From Pseudomonadota bacterium (lineage in GTDB: Bacteria > Desulfobacterota > Desulfobacteria > Desulfobacterales > RPRI01), in NCBI GenBank assembly GCA_043825875.1, contig JBDRRF010000046.1:1-20375 (forward strand): a DNA stretch of 20,375 nt, given 5' to 3'. Position 1 is the first letter of the stretch, and every line of letters starts with the position of its first letter. Below are positions 15,902-20,375 of the stretch, piece after piece. A program made the translations under genes and the position numbers. The notes under the pieces were generated by a model that was given only the letters and a program-made list of their open reading frames with translations, did not search any database and had not been told where the DNA came from.

Positions 15902-18004
15902 TCATTTGATCGTCTCTTCCACTAAATATATACTGCTACCTTTAAGGGCAAGGTAATGGAGACTATCAAACGAGTCAAAAATGACTTTTCCTCCTGCATG
16001 AATCGTAATAGACGCGATAGTAAGCACCCGGTTTCCATCATATATAAATGAGTTACTGTCTGTCTTATCCTCATTGTCGCTCGGTTTGAAAGTAATGTTT
16101 CCACCAACACCATCATATTTTTTTCCTTCTTTTCCATCAACAACTACAAACCATTTATTTTCTGCTTTGGCCTCATACGCCATATGCCTGCTGTCCTCAC
16201 TGAAAATAATTTCATAACTAATGTAATCGTATTTTTTTCCTTCTTTTCCATCAACAACTACAAATTGCTTATTATATGCTTCGGCCTTATACGCTATATG
16301 CTCGCTGTTTGGGCTGAAAGTAACACTACTGATGTCATCGTAATCATATTTAATTTCCTCTTTTCCGTCTTTGACGACAACCCACTTATTGCCTGCTTTA
16401 GCTATATACACTACATGTTCGCTGTTGGGGCTAAAAGTAATACTACTGATCTTATCGTAGTCGTATTTAATTTCCTCTTTTCCGTCTTTGACGACAACCC
16501 ACTTATTGCCTGCTTTAGCTTTATACGCCACATGCTTGCTGTTGGGGCTAAAAGTAATACTGCCGATTTTATCGTAATCGTATTTTATTCCTTCTTTTCC
16601 GTCTACGACTACACCCCACTTACCGCCTGATTTAGCCCCATACGCCACACGTCTGCTGTCCCGGCTAAAAGTAAGTGTGCCAATCGCCATGTCATCGTAT
16701 TTTTTTTCTTCTTTTTCGTCCACAACTACAACCATCTTATTACCTGCTTTAGCCATATACGCTATACGCTTGCTATCAGGGCTAAACGTAATCGTGTCGA
16801 CCCAAATAACGTCATATTTCTTTCTCTCTTTACCATCAACAACTACAAATTGTTTATTGTCTGCTTCAGCTTTATATGCCACATGCTCGCTGTTTGGGCT
16901 GAAAACAGAAAAGGGAAAACTAATGTCATCATATTGTTTTCCTTTTTTCCCATCAATGACAATAAACCACTTATATCGTGCTTTGTTTCGCGCTTCGGCC
17001 TCGAAAAATTTGCCCAAGGGCAGGGCAGGGCTGAACTTATCGATTTTGTCATCATATTGTTTTTTTTCACCCTCTACCCTATTCTCTGCTCTTGCTTTGT
17101 ATGCCAAATGCTTGCTGTCCGGACTAAAATCAGGAAAGGGAAGATTACCGCATGGCGCCCCCTCTTTACCATCGACGACAATAAATTGCTTATTATCTGC
17201 TTTTGCCCCATACGCAATGCGCCTGCTATCAGGACCGAAAACAATAGATGTAATGTTGTCGTATTGCTTCCCTTTTTTTCCATCAACGGCTTGGATCATC
17301 TTATTACCTGATTTTGATCTGTATGCCACGTGCCTGTTATCTGGACTTATCCTAAACGCTTGTTGTATCGATGAAGAAAAATCAATTTGAACAATAAGCT
17401 TTTCTGAAATCGCGTTCTTGGGACATTTCTGCCCATTTTTATAAATATCTATATATTGGATTTCTCCATTCGGATTGTATCCTTTACTTATTCCGTCCAG
17501 CTTACCATTCGTATAATTTGTCTCCTCCTTTATTTTTCCATCTCTATAATACAATATAGACACTCCATCTATCTCACCATTCTTATAGTTTACTTCCTTC
17601 TTTTCCCCATTTGCATGTAATTCAAATATCGTATATGCTCCTTGTCGCGTACCATCCTTATAGGTTCTTTCCTCCCTTAATCTTCCGTCTTTATAATAAT
17701 CTTTCCATATCCCGTTTAACTTACCATTCTTATAGTTTGTTTCATGCCATAAATTTCCGTTTTTATAATAAGATTTAGACACTCCCTCTATCTTACCATT
17801 CTTAATAGTAGCTTCTATTAAGCATCCAAACCGATAAAATCTATTTACTCCATCATTTAACTTAGCTATATCTATCTCATTACCATTTTTATCGTAGAAG
17901 GTCTTTTCTGAACTACCTGAAACCAAGGAAACGTTAATCAGTAGCACTATTAGTACAAGGACTTCTAAACATAAATACCATCTCATACCTTTTTCAGCAG
18001 CCAT
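15902..18004 (-). CDS. Exported repeat protein: MORN-variant (YwqK-like) repeats plus TolB/WD40-like beta-propeller repeats
   Basis: Hydrophobic N-terminus; YKNGKLNG..YYKDG repeats; about 10 repeats of FSPDSKHxAY..vVDGKEGKKYD. Confidence 0.8.
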   Translation of the reverse strand: MAAEKGMRWYLCLEVLVLIVLLINVSLVSGSSEKTFYDKNGNEIDIAKLNDGVNRFYRFGCLIEATIKNGKIEGVSKSYYKNGNLWHETNYKNGKLNGIWKDYYKDGRLREERTYKDGTRQGAYTIFELHANGEKKEVNYKNGEIDGVSILYYRDGKIKEETNYTNGKLDGISKGYNPNGEIQYIDIYKNGQKCPKNAISEKLIVQIDFSSSIQQAFRISPDNRHVAYRSKSGNKMIQAVDGKKGKQYDNITSIVFGPDSRRIAYGAKADNKQFIVVDGKEGAPCGNLPFPDFSPDSKHLAYKARAENRVEGEKKQYDDKIDKFSPALPLGKFFEAEARNKARYKWFIVIDGKKGKQYDDISFPFSVFSPNSEHVAYKAEADNKQFVVVDGKERKKYDVIWVDTITFSPDSKRIAYMAKAGNKMVVVVDEKEEKKYDDMAIGTLTFSRDSRRVAYGAKSGGKWGVVVDGKEGIKYDYDKIGSITFSPNSKHVAYKAKAGNKWVVVKDGKEEIKYDYDKISSITFSPNSEHVVYIAKAGNKWVVVKDGKEEIKYDYDDISSVTFSPNSEHIAYKAEAYNKQFVVVDGKEGKKYDYISYEIIFSEDSRHMAYEAKAENKWFVVVDGKEGKKYDGVGGNITFKPSDNEDKTDSNSFIYDGNRVLTIASITIHAGGKVIFDSFDSLHYLALKGSSIYLVEETIK
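16347..16520. repeat. 117-bp intragenic tandem repeat with 57-bp identical core
   Basis: 16347-16403 is identical to 16464-16520; period 39 codons. Confidence 0.9.
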
Positions 18005-18175
18005 GTTAGACTCCCATTAATAAAATTAATATTATTTTAAAAACATCTTTTTTGATTTACTTGTAACAGATATATCGATATATTACGTGGTTCATTGTAT
18101 GCCCCACCTCTTGATTTATAAAGATCTTTTTCATCAACAGTAATGTGGGGAATTGTTACATTGCCTCACTCTGGT

Positions 18176-20218
18176 TTACTCCCTGTTTGATTTAGTCGAC
18201 TGCATTTTCTCTGCCATAGTGCGACCTTGTTTCATATAATCGGCAAACTCATCCGTTTTCATGGCATTGTATAACCCATGTTTATAAAGATAGCTGGCAA
18301 CTTGATAATAACTTATGGTTTCAGTAACCGCATCCGCATCAATGGGTATGTTTATCATTGAATGAGTCGCAAAGTCATAGTGGTATGCGACATTCTTGCG
18401 CACAGTTTTTAAAATAATGAGTTTATCTTTTTCAATGTGTCCCAGCTTCTGGTAATTGCCTATAATTGCATCTCCCTCGTCGGGGTGAATTGAACGAACA
18501 TCATGGCCGAAAAAGCGGCTCGGATAGCTCCAATTCAGAAGTCCTAGCAAGGTGGGCGCGTAATCAATCTGACTTGAAATGGTCTTTATATGACCGGTCG
18601 GCAACTGTCCGCCGGGGGAATAGATAATAAGCGGTATATGATAGTTTTCAATAGGCAGCTCCGTTTTGCCCGCGCTTCCGGCGCAATGGTCGGCAACGAT
18701 AACAAAGACCGTATTGTTAAACCATGGTTTTGATCTTGCGTCTTCGATGAATTTGCCGATGGCATAGTCCGAATATTTTATGCCACCGCGGCGTTTCGAT
18801 GTTTTGGACGGCAAATCGATACGTCCTTCGGGGAAAGTGAAAGGACGGTGATTTGATGTAGTCATCAAAAAAAAGTAAAAGGGCTTCCCTTTTGCGTAGA
18901 CTGCATCGGCTTCGCGTGCTGTCCAACGATACAAATCTTCGTCGCAGGCACCCCAGACATTTGCAAATGTTACATCATCTGAGCTTACGGCACTACGGTC
19001 GATGACTTTATAACCATTATTGCCGAAGAAATAGTTCATATTGTCGAAATAACCGAATCCGCTATAAAGAAATGCTGTATCATACCCTTTTAATTGAAAT
19101 ATTGAACCAAGGCTAAATAATCCTTCATTGTGCGGGCGTTTCACCAGAGAGCGGCCCGGTGTTGGCGGCAGCGATAGGACCAAAGCTTCCATTCCACGTA
19201 CCGTGCGAGTTCCCGTGGCGTAAAAATTATCAAACACAAGACTTTTCTGTTCAATGGCCGATAAATTTGGTGTCAGATTTGCGTATTGGTCTGAATTATC
19301 CAAGAATTTAGCACTCAGGCTTTCCACTGTAATCTGGATAATATTCAACTTAAGTTCAGGGCCTTTTTTTGAATAGAATCTTAGTGTGTCTTTTCCTTTT
19401 GGTTTCAATAATACCGCCCCGTCCTCCACTATTTCACTGCGCATGAATTGAAATGCCTTATCGACAGGAATAGTCGGGAAAAACCGGTCAAAATCGAGTT
19501 CATTCTCTTTGAATGCAACAAATAATGACCATATGCCGTTTTTCCCAAGTTCTCTATTGTAATTATTGGTAAAGTCAGGCAGCCAGTTTTGATTGATGCT
19601 TAAACCCACAACAATGACTACAGCGCAAGCAACAGAGCCAAATTTATAACGGTTTTTGATAGGCGATGCCGAGTTTGCAGCCCATGTAGCAGGAACCCCC
19701 GTGCGCCAGATGAGTATCTGTAATATCAATGATAATAAAGCTATACCGCCCAGTATCAAGGGCATTGGATAGGACTCGAAAATGTTGTCAATTACTTCTT
19801 TAGTATAGACAAGATAATCAACAGCAATGAAGTTAAATCTTACCCCAAATTCATCCCAGAATACCCACTCGGCGACCAGACAGAACAACAAAGAATAAAG
19901 AAAAATAAACAAGATTACCTGCATCACGAAACGGCCCCACAGGCGTTCGAAGAAATGTTCGGGTAGGATGGCCTGAAGCAGGATAAAGGGTATAATTAAC
20001 CAGGAAGCTGTGCCTATGTCATAGATGAACCCCCATGCAAAAGCTGCCAACAGGCTTAAGTCCCATGAAATATCCTGAGCAGACTTTATCATCAACACAA
20101 GCCTGGTTATGAATGCAAATCCGAAAAAAAGGACAAAGAACAAAACGATGCCGCTGTTTCTCTTTTTGAGATATGCAGAAAATAAAGGACAGGGTTTATT
20201 AAATGGGTATATTTTCAT
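18176..20218 (-). CDS. LTA synthase family / sulfatase-like membrane phosphotransferase
   Basis: About 5 N-terminal TM helices; TVESLS, ATGTRTVRG (catalytic Thr), TTSNHRPF, VADH. Confidence 0.88.
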   Translation of the reverse strand: MKIYPFNKPCPLFSAYLKKRNSGIVLFFVLFFGFAFITRLVLMIKSAQDISWDLSLLAAFAWGFIYDIGTASWLIIPFILLQAILPEHFFERLWGRFVMQVILFIFLYSLLFCLVAEWVFWDEFGVRFNFIAVDYLVYTKEVIDNIFESYPMPLILGGIALLSLILQILIWRTGVPATWAANSASPIKNRYKFGSVACAVVIVVGLSINQNWLPDFTNNYNRELGKNGIWSLFVAFKENELDFDRFFPTIPVDKAFQFMRSEIVEDGAVLLKPKGKDTLRFYSKKGPELKLNIIQITVESLSAKFLDNSDQYANLTPNLSAIEQKSLVFDNFYATGTRTVRGMEALVLSLPPTPGRSLVKRPHNEGLFSLGSIFQLKGYDTAFLYSGFGYFDNMNYFFGNNGYKVIDRSAVSSDDVTFANVWGACDEDLYRWTAREADAVYAKGKPFYFFLMTTSNHRPFTFPEGRIDLPSKTSKRRGGIKYSDYAIGKFIEDARSKPWFNNTVFVIVADHCAGSAGKTELPIENYHIPLIIYSPGGQLPTGHIKTISSQIDYAPTLLGLLNWSYPSRFFGHDVRSIHPDEGDAIIGNYQKLGHIEKDKLIILKTVRKNVAYHYDFATHSMINIPIDADAVTETISYYQVASYLYKHGLYNAMKTDEFADYMKQGRTMAEKMQSTKSNRE

Positions 20219-20237
20219 TTATTATAATATAAAGAAC

Positions 20238-20375
20238 GAGCCAGTTTCAAAACGCCCCATTTTGGCCGATCTCTGCGTTGGGCTCAAATTTCAATCCTCG
20301 AAATACTAAATGTATTCCTGTGGTTGAAATTTTCTCCCGCCTTGAGCTTGACCAAACTGAAACGTTTTGAAAGTG
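20238..20375 (-). mobile_element. MITE copy 2, inverted relative to copy 1, cut by the window end
   Basis: Reverse complement aligns to 13122-13260 with about ten differences; the terminal 4 bp lie beyond the window. Confidence 0.85.

Noticed and set aside
16184..17390. Plus-strand ORFs of 148-237 aa and possible CRISPR or DGR interpretation of the repeats
   Set aside because: Antisense to a repetitive gene; repeats are in-frame coding units with no unique spacers, no cas genes and no reverse transcriptase

Overview
AT-rich bacterial DNA; gene order and content suggest a deltaproteobacterium (Desulfobacterales-like, by inference). 477-6595 is the conserved translation cluster ffh-rpsP-khpA-rimM-trmD-SPOUT methyltransferase-rplS-rnhB-yraN-rsmI. 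6600-10200 is an accessory patch on the minus strand with two type II toxin-antitoxin pairs (Phd/RelE-type and HicAB) and an ankyrin-repeat protein. It also holds one intact and several broken integron attC-like sites, dif/Xer-like 28-29 bp sites and palindromic repeat remnants; no integrase or transposase is present. 10232-15769 encodes an ADP-forming acyl-CoA synthetase, a phosphopantetheinyl transferase, a beta-CASP MBL hydrolase and an EamA transporter. On the minus strand follow a MORN-variant/beta-propeller repeat protein and an LTA-synthase-family sulfatase. Two inverted copies of a ~143-bp hairpin MITE lie at 13118-13260 (4-bp AATG duplication) and 20238-window end. The most interesting signals are non-coding: the integrase-less cassette array with Xer-like sites at a GTT junction, the MITE, and the +1-frame trmD/SPOUT overlap. 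All calls are by eye; no searches were run.
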